This document shows positions 1 to 8,653 of a stretch of 64,000 nucleotides of DNA, in pieces. Each line of letters starts with the position of its first letter. The stretch's first letter is position 1. This DNA is from a virus. Location of the stretch: the IMG/VR virus record IMGVR_UViG_3300042446_001732, positions 34,314-98,313 of that record. One strand, 5' to 3'. Both the position numbers and the translations under genes were made by a program. Under the pieces are notes generated by a model. The model saw nothing but the letters and a program-made list of their open reading frames with translations. It was not told the DNA's origin and ran no database searches.

Positions 1-394
1 TGATACCCAGTTTGTAAGGCACAGGCATCAGCCGTTCAATTGTGAATGCGTTGCCTTGTGTGGTTTCGTAGGTCTCAGTGTCCTGATCGTAGGTGCGTTG
101 ACGAACATTGACCTTGCTCACAAAGTAAGGTTCTTGCATTCTTGGTCGATCATAGTCCAGACTAGACACATAAAATGTCATCAGCGGTGTGCTGGGCATG
201 CTGCTGGCAGAATTTTCCTGAATAATTGTTTGTGCATTACGGCTAGCGTCACCGTAGCGAACAGGCACACGCAAAAGAGCCGCTTGATCAGAATTGGCTT
301 CACGTCCGTATTCAATTTGGAAGTTTGAAACTATCCTGGTAAACTGTAACAGGAAACGACGAATTTGTTCGTCATAAAAGAATTGTTGTGCCAT
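1..394 (-). CDS. gp15: Tail terminator / tail sheath stabiliser (T4 gp15-like), 3'-truncated by window edge
   Basis: Not in the ORF track. ATG at 394 reads MAQQFFYDEQIRRFLLQFTRIVSNFQIEYG...LRVPVRYGDASR...PLMTFYVSSLDYDRPR, resembling the gp15 N-terminus (FY..RR...F..I...VP+.Y). It lies directly downstream of the gp14-like gene. Confidence 0.7.
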   Translation of the reverse strand, partial: MAQQFFYDEQIRRFLLQFTRIVSNFQIEYGREANSDQAALLRVPVRYGDASRNAQTIIQENSASSMPSTPLMTFYVSSLDYDRPRMQEPYFVSKVNVRQRTYDQDTETYETTQGNAFTIERLMPVPYKLGI

Positions 395-399
395 AATGA

Positions 400-1722
400 T
401 TAACCGCCGTTGTCGGCTCTGGGTTTGAGCAGTTCACTGAGACTCTGACGACTTGGCATAGGCCCACGATCAGTAGTGTTAACTGTAGCTGTGTTGTTCA
501 CAAAGCTGGAACGCAATGTTTTGTTGTCTGGTCCGTTGTTGAGGTCAGTGCGCACACTGTCATCAATTTTAACCCAGCGGATGCCGTCATATCTAAACAA
601 GCGATTGGGCTTGTAGTCCAATCTCAATACATATGCCCCGGCCACGGGATTGGGAGGGAATGCCACACCTGGAGTAACAGGTAATCCATTGGGTGCAATG
701 TCGTCGCTGCCTGTTAGGTAGCCCAGAGTGTAGCCTTCGGCTCGTGGACTAGTGGCTTGACCGCCTTGTGTGCCGTCCACTGTGGTTGTTTCGTCTGCTG
801 TCAAGCTAGCGCCTTCAGCCAGTGCAGGTTGATCATTCAACAGTGTTGGCACAATGTAGAATTTGGTAGTGTCATAGCCACTCAATGGCACTTCAACGTC
901 AGCTTGAGTAAGAATAGCATCATTGATCTCTTCATCTTTGGTGCGGGTGCCTTGCACATCTGCAATGGTAGGCGGTGTGTACTCTTGCCAGTAAGTGGTA
1001 TTGTTGATGGCTATGTCAGCTGGAGTGTTGATCTTGGCCTGATAATAAGTGTTGCCGTAGTTCACAATACTTCCAGCAGGATAGTAATTGCCATTGTCCC
1101 AGATTTGTTCACTCACAAATGGTTTGTTGGTAATAGAATTGTACTCTTGTGCATCAGTGAGAGGCGTTGCCTTGACTCGCCACAAGTGCGGCAACCAAGT
1201 AACAGAAAAACCTTCACTAGCATATGCAGCATCTTGAATCACATAGTACTTAGGCAATGCAGCAGGCAATGCTGAATTTAATGGATTGTAATCTTTCAAG
1301 TTTGGAACTTCAATTACATCACCACTCATGAGTTTGCGACCAAACGAATCAATCATGTCATTGTAATGAAATGTAATAAACAAGGTATCGTTGTTCAAAA
1401 ACAAACCAAATTGAGTCAGGTCAAAGTCCACATCCTGTGTGTTGTACACACCACGCATGACATAGATGTCTGGATCATACACACGATCTCTGTTTTCCAA
1501 CAGCAACAGATCTTGTATGTTTAGTGGACTTAGAGTTTCGTATACTGGCTGAGTTGCGTCGGCATTGCCGCTCAGAGTAGAGTCTTCGCCACCAGTTTGC
1601 GGACCCATGTACTTGTGGACAAACATGTCCAGTCCGCCCACAGTGTACATTTCACTGATTGTGCGGTCCAAGAATTGGTAATCTCGGGTTCGGTTGGGGC
1701 GGAATAGGCTTAGACGTGGCAT
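400..1722 (-). CDS. gp14: Neck / head-completion protein (T4 gp14-like) with C-terminal extension
   Basis: 440-aa ORF. The 'LTQFGLFLNNDTLFITFH...GDVIEVP' segment resembles gp14. It precedes the gp15-like gene and has a TAAATA late motif upstream. Confidence 0.6.
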   Translation of the reverse strand: MPRLSLFRPNRTRDYQFLDRTISEMYTVGGLDMFVHKYMGPQTGGEDSTLSGNADATQPVYETLSPLNIQDLLLLENRDRVYDPDIYVMRGVYNTQDVDFDLTQFGLFLNNDTLFITFHYNDMIDSFGRKLMSGDVIEVPNLKDYNPLNSALPAALPKYYVIQDAAYASEGFSVTWLPHLWRVKATPLTDAQEYNSITNKPFVSEQIWDNGNYYPAGSIVNYGNTYYQAKINTPADIAINNTTYWQEYTPPTIADVQGTRTKDEEINDAILTQADVEVPLSGYDTTKFYIVPTLLNDQPALAEGASLTADETTTVDGTQGGQATSPRAEGYTLGYLTGSDDIAPNGLPVTPGVAFPPNPVAGAYVLRLDYKPNRLFRYDGIRWVKIDDSVRTDLNNGPDNKTLRSSFVNNTATVNTTDRGPMPSRQSLSELLKPRADNGG

Positions 1723-1729
1723 AGTGTTG

Positions 1730-1735
1730 TATTTA
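1730..1735 (-). promoter_or_regulatory. T4-like late promoter core (TAAATA)
   Basis: ATAAATA on the - strand, 7 nt before the ATG at 1722. Confidence 0.6.
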
Positions 1736-1743
1736 TGGGCAGG

Positions 1744-1772
1744 TTGACCAATAATTGAACAAGTGCTACAAT
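1744..1772 (+). promoter_or_regulatory. sigma70-type early promoter
   Basis: TTGACC-17 nt-TACAAT with extended TG; ATG follows after 6 nt. Confidence 0.75.
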
Positions 1773-1778
1773 AGCTGT

Positions 1779-2051
1779 ATGAAAGTAGTTAAACTGAATC
1801 GCAGATTTCGCCAGTTCCGAGAACACGGACACACTGTGGGCTTGAGATTTCCTAGCTACACTGAATCTACACCATACGAAGCAGCAACCAGGAAGAAATT
1901 GGGCGATGGCGGCTGGCAGCGGCATGATCTATGGTACAGTTACTTCGGGCATGGCCGGGTAGATGGGTACCGTCCGTACTGGATCACATTCCGCAATGAG
2001 TCAGATGCCACTTTGGTAGTACTTTCTACTGACTTGACCAAATTTTGGTAA
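1779..2051 (+). CDS. Hypothetical early protein
   Basis: ORF directly behind the promoter; start moved to ATG 1779. Confidence 0.65.
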   Translation: MKVVKLNRRFRQFREHGHTVGLRFPSYTESTPYEAATRKKLGDGGWQRHDLWYSYFGHGRVDGYRPYWITFRNESDATLVVLSTDLTKFW

Positions 2052-2062
2052 TCTGCTATAAT
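2034..2062 (+). promoter_or_regulatory. sigma70-type early promoter
   Basis: TTGACC-17 nt-TATAAT with extended TG. Confidence 0.8.
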
Positions 2063-2069
2063 TACTGAT

Positions 2070-3230
2070 ATGATTAAAGGAGCCACCGTGAAATCTGCTG
2101 TAGCAAATAAACCCGTAAAATCTCTGAATCCACGCAGTGCAGACACCAATGTCATGGGACCAGAACCCACCTGGCGCGAACAGCCCATCAGCAACAGGAC
2201 CAGTCAAATGACTGCTGCCTTTTCCTGGTACAATTACTTTTACGGCAAAAAAGATGCTCGTGACATGATTGTGAACTATCTGGAACTGCATGGCCGTAAA
2301 GCAGATGTTCGTGCTCTCAAAGGTGTGTCCGATTCAGACATTCGACTAACTGCTGGGTGGTTGTGCAGAATGAGCATGGTGGGCCTTGACCTGTCTGAAC
2401 ACGAACAAATCAAACTAGACAACATGCTGAAAGAACTGGTCGCAGTCAAACAACAAGAAGGTTCAACAGAGTCCGCAGAACCTGTGATAGCACGACTGAC
2501 CATTCAGGATCGCCTGCGTGAAAAAGTAAGCGAGTGTGCCGGTGAACTGGACGGCATGTTTGATGAGTTTATTTTGGCCGGCGCCAAAATGAGTGCAGAC
2601 TACAAGCCAATTATGTTGATCCGTGGCATGAACGTGGCACCACAAATGGTAAGTTCTTTGTCTGATATTTGGAAACGCAAGCAGGCTGAATTTGAAGAAG
2701 TTGCCAAAGGCAAAGACGCACAACTGGCAGAAGGCTACGGATATCTCAGCAAGATTCAGCTACGAAATGTGTTGAAGTTTTGCGAAACTGTGATCAACGA
2801 CTGCGGCGCATATGTGCAGATTAAAAAGGTTGAGCGCAAGCCACGTGCAGTCAAAGCAGTGTCGCCAGAAAAACGTGCAGCCAAGTTCAAGGTTGCAATG
2901 GAATTTGCTGATCTCAAACTCAAGGGATTGCCTGCCGCAAGCCTGGTGGAAAAAACAGAAGCCTGGCTGTATGATACCAAAAAGCGCAAGCTGATACACG
3001 TTGTGGCAGACTCACATGCAGGATCGTTCACTGTAAAAAGCAATTCCATCATTGGATTCAGTGTGTCGGAGAGCATGCAAAAGACTGTGCGCAAACCCGC
3101 AGAAGTTGTCAAAGCCATGCAGGCCGCAGGCAAGCCGGCTGCTAGAAAGATCTACAAAGATCTAACCACCACTGAAACAGGGTTCAACGGACGTGGAACT
3201 GAAAACTTGATGGTGCTAAAGACCTGGTAA
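2070..3230 (+). CDS. Hypothetical protein (Lys-rich); alternative start GTG 2088 after AGGAG
   Basis: 386-aa ORF with its own promoter; no motif recognised. Confidence 0.8.
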   Translation: MIKGATVKSAVANKPVKSLNPRSADTNVMGPEPTWREQPISNRTSQMTAAFSWYNYFYGKKDARDMIVNYLELHGRKADVRALKGVSDSDIRLTAGWLCRMSMVGLDLSEHEQIKLDNMLKELVAVKQQEGSTESAEPVIARLTIQDRLREKVSECAGELDGMFDEFILAGAKMSADYKPIMLIRGMNVAPQMVSSLSDIWKRKQAEFEEVAKGKDAQLAEGYGYLSKIQLRNVLKFCETVINDCGAYVQIKKVERKPRAVKAVSPEKRAAKFKVAMEFADLKLKGLPAASLVEKTEAWLYDTKKRKLIHVVADSHAGSFTVKSNSIIGFSVSESMQKTVRKPAEVVKAMQAAGKPAARKIYKDLTTTETGFNGRGTENLMVLKTW

Positions 3231-3237
3231 GTAGTCC

Positions 3238-4116
3238 ATGCACAATATTACAAACAAAGTTGATTTTTACATTACCAATGTTTGTAATCTAACTTGTGAT
3301 CGTTGCAATAGATTTAACAATCACGACTTCCGCGGCTGGCAACGATGGAGTGATTACCAGGCTCAATACGAACAGTGGGGCAAGTTGGTGCAACTAAACG
3401 CTGCCACTATCATGGGCGGTGAACCTTTTTTAAATCCTACCTTGGGTGACTGGATAACAGGCATCAACAGAATATTTGATATTGATGTGCAAGTGTTGAC
3501 CAATGGCACTCGATTCAATCAATCCAAGTCACTGTACGAAAAATTACTGTATAGATCTCCTCGCACAGGAGCAATGAACCATATTGGTGTGAGTTTGCAT
3601 AATATTGCTGACCAAGAGCAATTGCTGGCTGACGTTCGTGCATTTTTCCCTGTGCCTTTTGAAGAATTTCCCAAAGGATCTTCCAGGAACTACTGGAACT
3701 CAGATTGGTTTTTCATTGACAACAATGGAGTAATGATCAACGTATACACAGTTAACGAATTTGGTGCTGCTGCTATCAGGCCAGCACAGCAGCAATTTCA
3801 TTTGCACAACAGTGACCCTGTGCAAGCACACAATACCTGTGCGTTTGCTCGCTTCAAGTCGTATCACTACATTCGTGGCCGACTGTACAAGTGTGGACCA
3901 GTGGCCTTGATGTCAGAATTTGATCAACAGCATAGTTTACAAATCTCTGATTCAGATCGTGAGCTGCTGAATTCATACAAGTCATTGGGGGTTGATAATT
4001 TTGATCAGTATTATCAAGAATTTTTTAACAAGTTGGATCAGCCTATTGCACAGTGCAAATTTTGTCCGGAACAGTCTGAAATGCAGACAATTTTTCCTAT
4101 ACGCAAGGGTCTGTAA
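3238..4116 (+). CDS. Radical SAM protein with C-terminal Cys cluster
   Basis: CNLTCDRC (CxxxCxxC), GGEP, LTNG; C-terminal C..LYKC..CKFC. Confidence 0.85.
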   Translation: MHNITNKVDFYITNVCNLTCDRCNRFNNHDFRGWQRWSDYQAQYEQWGKLVQLNAATIMGGEPFLNPTLGDWITGINRIFDIDVQVLTNGTRFNQSKSLYEKLLYRSPRTGAMNHIGVSLHNIADQEQLLADVRAFFPVPFEEFPKGSSRNYWNSDWFFIDNNGVMINVYTVNEFGAAAIRPAQQQFHLHNSDPVQAHNTCAFARFKSYHYIRGRLYKCGPVALMSEFDQQHSLQISDSDRELLNSYKSLGVDNFDQYYQEFFNKLDQPIAQCKFCPEQSEMQTIFPIRKGL

Positions 4117-4118
4117 CA

Positions 4119-5189
4119 GTGTTCCAGGATAGATTCTATCAAACACAACAAGGCGAAGTATTTGAACAAAGCCAGTGCATGCAGCATGAGCATGTGTTGG
4201 CCAATTTCTTTTCTAGTATTCTAGTTAATCTTGAGTACTCAACAGTAGACCCAGGTCGCAGGATCTGGACCAGAAACAACAAAACAGTAATAGTGTGCTT
4301 GGCAGACGATTTTAACATCTGCGGCGCAAATTTATCAACGTCTCCTGGCAAATGGTTTGACGCTGACACAGTTGTGATAACAGATAACTTGATCACTTGT
4401 GATACACAATACACTGTGCTTCGGGTGCCTGTTAGTTATTTTGGAGTGTTTGGATACACACCAGCACTACAAAATTTTACACCATCCCACAGGTTTCATT
4501 TGTCAGTGAATCGCCTTGACTCACAAAGACAATTGATACTGTTTGAACTGATTGCACAAAGCGGTGACCTTGATGCGGTACAGCAGCAGGATCTTGTCAA
4601 TTTCAACGCTAGAGATGCCTATGAACCCAACAACAATGTGCAGGATCTACAACAAAATTTTGTAAAACATTGGCAGCCATTGGCTGAGTATTATACAGGA
4701 GTGTACGATCAACACTGGGACGCTGTATTAAATTCTTTGCCCTTGCTTACTCACAATTTTAGTATTGAACAAGCTGGGGTTGATGCATACTTGAACCTGG
4801 TGGTTGAGACCTATGCAGGCAACACCACTATAACATTCAGTGAAAAGATATTCCGCGCTCTGGTAACGCCGGCACCCTGGGCAGTGTTTGCAGCACAAGG
4901 AGCAGTGCAGCATGTTGTGGATCTGGGATTTGATGTCATGTCAGATATTGTGGACCATTCATACGATCAATATGTACAAGATAACTGGCCGGGCCGTAAC
5001 AAAATAGCAAATTATATCTCAGCCAATCTGTCTAATTATCACAGAATCCAGCAGATTGATGCTGCTGTGCTGGCAGCAAGATGCAAACAAGCAGCAGAAC
5101 ACAATCAGCAGCGCCTGGCTGCATTGCGGGCACAATGGCCCGGCGATTTTGCACGGTGGCTTCCTGGAGTGATAGCGCAGCTTGAATAA
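4119..5189 (+). CDS. Hypothetical protein, possibly glycosyltransferase-like
   Basis: 'LVVETY...FSEKIFRAL...LGFDVMSDIVDHSYD' motif shared with 55588..56658. Confidence 0.6.
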   Translation: MFQDRFYQTQQGEVFEQSQCMQHEHVLANFFSSILVNLEYSTVDPGRRIWTRNNKTVIVCLADDFNICGANLSTSPGKWFDADTVVITDNLITCDTQYTVLRVPVSYFGVFGYTPALQNFTPSHRFHLSVNRLDSQRQLILFELIAQSGDLDAVQQQDLVNFNARDAYEPNNNVQDLQQNFVKHWQPLAEYYTGVYDQHWDAVLNSLPLLTHNFSIEQAGVDAYLNLVVETYAGNTTITFSEKIFRALVTPAPWAVFAAQGAVQHVVDLGFDVMSDIVDHSYDQYVQDNWPGRNKIANYISANLSNYHRIQQIDAAVLAARCKQAAEHNQQRLAALRAQWPGDFARWLPGVIAQLE

Positions 5190-5212
5190 ATATAGGAACC
5201 GGAGTTTCCTTT

Positions 5213-5974
5213 ATGGCCGACAATACATTACCCCAGCTCAAGCAAGATCTTATTGATTATGTGGGGCTGCTGCTGGGCAATCAGATCATTGATCTCGAAC
5301 TAGATCCTGCACACTTTGAGGCTGCATATCAAAAGACCATTGGCACTTTTCGCCAACGAAGCAATGCAGCATATGAAGAAGCTTACATTTTCATGGAGCT
5401 GATTCGTGACGTAAACATTTACACATTGCCGCAAGAAGTCACAAGTGTGCGTCAGATTTTTCGCAGAACATTTGGTGATGCCACAGGACCGTTTGCTTCA
5501 AACTTTGATCCATTTGCACAGGCCAGCATCAACGTGTATCTCATGAACTTCAACGTGGCTGGTGGACTTGCTACCTATGACTTCTACTCACAGTATGTGG
5601 AACTAGCTGCCAAGATGTTTGGCGGATTCATGAACTATACCTGGAATCCTGTGACCAAGAAATTACAGCTCATACGAGATCCAAAAGGCACCGGGGAAAA
5701 TGTGCTGCTTTGGGCTTACCAGCTCAAGCCCGAGATTCAGTTGTTGACTGATCATCAAACTGGACAATGGATCCGTGACTACATGGTTGCTGTTTCCAAA
5801 ATGATCATTGGTGAGGCTCGCGAAAAGTTCTCAACCATTGCTGGCCCGCAGGGCGGAGGTAGTTTGAACGGTGCTGCAATGAAGTCAGAAGCACAGGCTC
5901 AGATGGATGCGCTGTTGGAACAACTCAAATTGTATGTAGATGGTGCGCAGCCATTGACCTTTGTAATTGGCTAA
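5213..5974 (+). CDS. gp13: Neck protein (T4 gp13-like)
   Basis: 'LKQDLIDYVGLLLG..IIDLELD' N-terminus and 'KF..IAGPQGG.SLNG..MK.EA' C-terminus, typical of gp13; TAAATA at 5187. Confidence 0.8.
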   Translation: MADNTLPQLKQDLIDYVGLLLGNQIIDLELDPAHFEAAYQKTIGTFRQRSNAAYEEAYIFMELIRDVNIYTLPQEVTSVRQIFRRTFGDATGPFASNFDPFAQASINVYLMNFNVAGGLATYDFYSQYVELAAKMFGGFMNYTWNPVTKKLQLIRDPKGTGENVLLWAYQLKPEIQLLTDHQTGQWIRDYMVAVSKMIIGEAREKFSTIAGPQGGGSLNGAAMKSEAQAQMDALLEQLKLYVDGAQPLTFVIG

Positions 5975-6695
5975 CAAGCAAACCCTGATGATTGGTTGCA
6001 GCTTTATGTCAAGGCTGCAGGCCCGTCATGCTGGAGACATGGGCATAAACGCCGCAAAATACCATGTGTTAGCCAGCCCGGGCACAGGCAATCAGGCCAT
6101 TGCTGCCAGAGCCATGTATCAGTTGGCTCAGGAAGATTATGATCGTGTGGTAGTGTTGTGGTCTGGCATCAACAGAATAGACTTTCCAGTCAGCGAAGAA
6201 CTGCAACGCACACAACACAACAACCCTGACGGTGATTGGGTGGCCAGCTGCAACATTGGCAGCATGGCCTGGTATCATTCAGGCGGTTTTTTGGGAACAG
6301 GCGTTTTTGGTGCAGTGCCAGAACCTGTGCAGATCTTCATGCGGGCACAGTATCTGGGATCAGAACCCAACAGCAAATACCTAAGCGAACTTACCTTGAT
6401 CAGCATTGTAGCACTGCAAAGTTTGCTGAAGGCTCGTGGCATTGATCATCAAATGGCATTCATACACAATACCACTCACGGTGATGTTGGCCGACAACAA
6501 GAACATGCACACGGAATTTTGGATCACAGTTCACCCTTGGACAAACTGGTAGATTGGAGCAAGTTCAACATGAACAGCAATCCTTATGAATGGGCCATGC
6601 GCCGCGAACAACTGGAAGGTGATCAATATCATCCTACCAGAAACGCCATGATTGACTGGTTTCGAGAACAAATGGGCATTGACATGACCCAGTGA
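5967..6695 (+). CDS. SGNH/GDSL-like hydrolase or acyltransferase
   Basis: N-terminal GCSF, 'GTGN', C-terminal DxxHP. Confidence 0.55.
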   Translation: MANKQTLMIGCSFMSRLQARHAGDMGINAAKYHVLASPGTGNQAIAARAMYQLAQEDYDRVVVLWSGINRIDFPVSEELQRTQHNNPDGDWVASCNIGSMAWYHSGGFLGTGVFGAVPEPVQIFMRAQYLGSEPNSKYLSELTLISIVALQSLLKARGIDHQMAFIHNTTHGDVGRQQEHAHGILDHSSPLDKLVDWSKFNMNSNPYEWAMRREQLEGDQYHPTRNAMIDWFREQMGIDMTQ

Positions 6696-6707
6696 TTGTG
6701 CTATACT
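6679..6707 (+). promoter_or_regulatory. sigma70-type promoter
   Basis: TTGACA-17 nt-TATACT with TG; ATG 6714 follows after 6 nt. Confidence 0.75.
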
Positions 6708-6713
6708 TGCAGT

Positions 6714-7235
6714 ATGCACCTAATGATTGACCTAGAAGGGCTGAGCACTGGCCCAGACACTACTATCCTTACTATTGCCGCACAAGCGTTTGATCCGTTT
6801 GGCAAAGGCTTCTATGAGCAATCTTACTATGCTAGAGTTACCTTGGAAAGTCAGGAAAATCGTGTAATTGATGATAACACTATTGCATGGTGGGCAACGC
6901 AACCTGAACACGCTAGAGAAGAAGCATTTGGAGAACAAGATCGAATTCCACTAGATGAAGCACTAGACGGATTAGGCCGACTAATTTGGAACAGCAAGAT
7001 GATTTGGGCACAAGGTCCAACTTATGACATGAATATTCTTGAGCATGCTTACAAGAGCTACAACAAGCCCCTGCCGTGGAAATACTACATGGTGCGAGAC
7101 AGTCGCACAGTGTTCAGCTTGTGGCCTGATCAGCCAATACCTCCAACTAGTCACCATGCTCTTGAAGACTGTCGCAGACAAATTGGTATGTTGCAAAACA
7201 CATTAACACATCTAAACGTAAAGGCATTGAAATGA
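6714..7235 (+). CDS. DEDDh 3'-5' exonuclease (Rv2179c/RNase AS-like)
   Basis: HLMIDLE, W..G..YD, HHALED motifs. Confidence 0.8.
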   Translation: MHLMIDLEGLSTGPDTTILTIAAQAFDPFGKGFYEQSYYARVTLESQENRVIDDNTIAWWATQPEHAREEAFGEQDRIPLDEALDGLGRLIWNSKMIWAQGPTYDMNILEHAYKSYNKPLPWKYYMVRDSRTVFSLWPDQPIPPTSHHALEDCRRQIGMLQNTLTHLNVKALK

Positions 7236-7726
7236 ACATTTATCTTGACATGGATGATGTGGTAGCAGACTGGATGGCTCATGCACAGGACTTTTTAAAA
7301 ATGCGATGGAATCATGAAACAAGTGAGCGTGTTCCGCAGTCAGACTGGGACAAACTCAAATCTGACACACATTTTTATCGCTCTTTGCCCTTGAAAGCTG
7401 GCGCACATGAACTGGTTGATTACTGCCGTGAATTGACACAGCACACCAATGGACACTTGCGGTTCTTGACTGCATTGCCACACGACTACTCCATGCCATT
7501 TGCTGTGAGCGACAAAGTGTTTTGGGCACAGGAACATTTTGCGGATGTTCCGGTTACAATTGGTCCTTTTTCTTTTGACAAATGGCGTCATTGCAAAAAT
7601 CCCACTGATATTTTGATCGATGATCGCACCAGCAACTGTGAAGAATGGATCAAGGCTGGGGGCCTGGCACACATTTATCGAGACTGGCCTGCTTGCAAAG
7701 CATGGTTTGAGGAAATTATCAAATGA
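7232..7726 (+). CDS. HAD-family 5'(3')-deoxyribonucleotidase
   Basis: IYLDMDDVVAD, FLTA, ILIDDR..N...W. Confidence 0.8.
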   Translation: MNIYLDMDDVVADWMAHAQDFLKMRWNHETSERVPQSDWDKLKSDTHFYRSLPLKAGAHELVDYCRELTQHTNGHLRFLTALPHDYSMPFAVSDKVFWAQEHFADVPVTIGPFSFDKWRHCKNPTDILIDDRTSNCEEWIKAGGLAHIYRDWPACKAWFEEIIK

Positions 7727-8247
7727 AAACATTACCTAAGTTACTAATTATTGGCAATGCTCGTCACGGCAAAGACACAGTGTGTGACATATTACGTGAA
7801 GAATTTGCATACTCTTTTCGTTCCAGTTCAGACTTTTGCGCAGAAAAATTTATCTATGCCGAACTCAAACACAAGTACGGATACACCACCTACGAGCAGT
7901 GTTTTTTGGACCGGCACAATCACAGAGCCGAATGGTATGACATGATACATGCCTACTGCAAAGATGACTATGCTAGATTGGGACGTGAGATTTTTGCTGA
8001 AAATTCAATCTACTGTGGCCTGAGAAACAAAGGTGAATTTCATGCCATGCGCAACACCAAAGTTTTTGACTACGCTATCTGGGTTGATCGCAGCGATCAT
8101 TTGCCTCAAGAAGACAAGAGCAGCATGACTCTGGAACCCTGGATGTCAGACTATGTGATTGACAACAACGGCACACTAGCGGACCTACAAAGAAACACAA
8201 TTGAACTGATCACACGTCTGGTTGCAGATCACCAGGCCGCCATGTAG
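7723..8247 (+). CDS. P-loop kinase, dNMP kinase-like
   Basis: GNARHGKDT Walker A; GLR..GE; C-terminal IDNNGTL. Confidence 0.7.
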   Translation: MKTLPKLLIIGNARHGKDTVCDILREEFAYSFRSSSDFCAEKFIYAELKHKYGYTTYEQCFLDRHNHRAEWYDMIHAYCKDDYARLGREIFAENSIYCGLRNKGEFHAMRNTKVFDYAIWVDRSDHLPQEDKSSMTLEPWMSDYVIDNNGTLADLQRNTIELITRLVADHQAAM

Positions 8248-8557
8248 AATCAGATTTTGATAAATCAACTTCGCAGTTGCGGCACACAGTTTTGAGATTT
8301 TTAGCTTCGCAATTGTTGAGATTGCTGTCTGCATGATATACCAACATTTGTGCTGAATACCGGGCCTTGAATCCGCAGCGATCGCACTGCATTTTTCTCT
8401 TGTACCCAGCTGCTTCCCAGTTGGGTTTTCTTTTGGGCAAACCACGTTTTTTACGCAGACAATTTTCACACTTGCTTCGATAGTGTGTGATATTGTCTCG
8501 GTGATAGTTTACGGCACAAGGACGCTGGTTACAAGTTGTGCAAGTGGGTCTTTTCAT
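8210..8557 (-). CDS. Zn-binding HNH-like small protein
   Basis: CxxC pairs; CDRCG...YH.DSN..N...NL..VC.NC; TAAATA 4 nt before ATG 8557. Confidence 0.65.
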   Translation of the reverse strand: MKRPTCTTCNQRPCAVNYHRDNITHYRSKCENCLRKKRGLPKRKPNWEAAGYKRKMQCDRCGFKARYSAQMLVYHADSNLNNCEAKNLKTVCRNCEVDLSKSDSTWRPGDLQPDV

Positions 8558-8588
8558 GGGGTATTTATTGGCGGACCTTTGCAAAGGG

Positions 8589-8609
8589 CAGTGTAGAACA
8601 CTGTTTTTT
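8589..8609 (+). terminator. Intrinsic terminator
   Basis: CAGTGT-aga-ACACTG stem followed by a T6 tract. Confidence 0.55.
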
Positions 8610-8618
8610 CAATATGCC

Positions 8619-8626
8619 TATAAATA
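8619..8626 (+). promoter_or_regulatory. T4 late promoter TATAAATA
   Basis: Exact T4 late consensus upstream of the tail sheath gene, followed by an AAGGA RBS. Confidence 0.8.
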
Positions 8627-8653
8627 TCTACAACTTGAAAAGGAAACCACAAG

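Noticed and set aside
56-328. 90-aa + strand ORF at the window start
   Set aside because: It is the shadow of the - strand gp15-like gene starting at 394.
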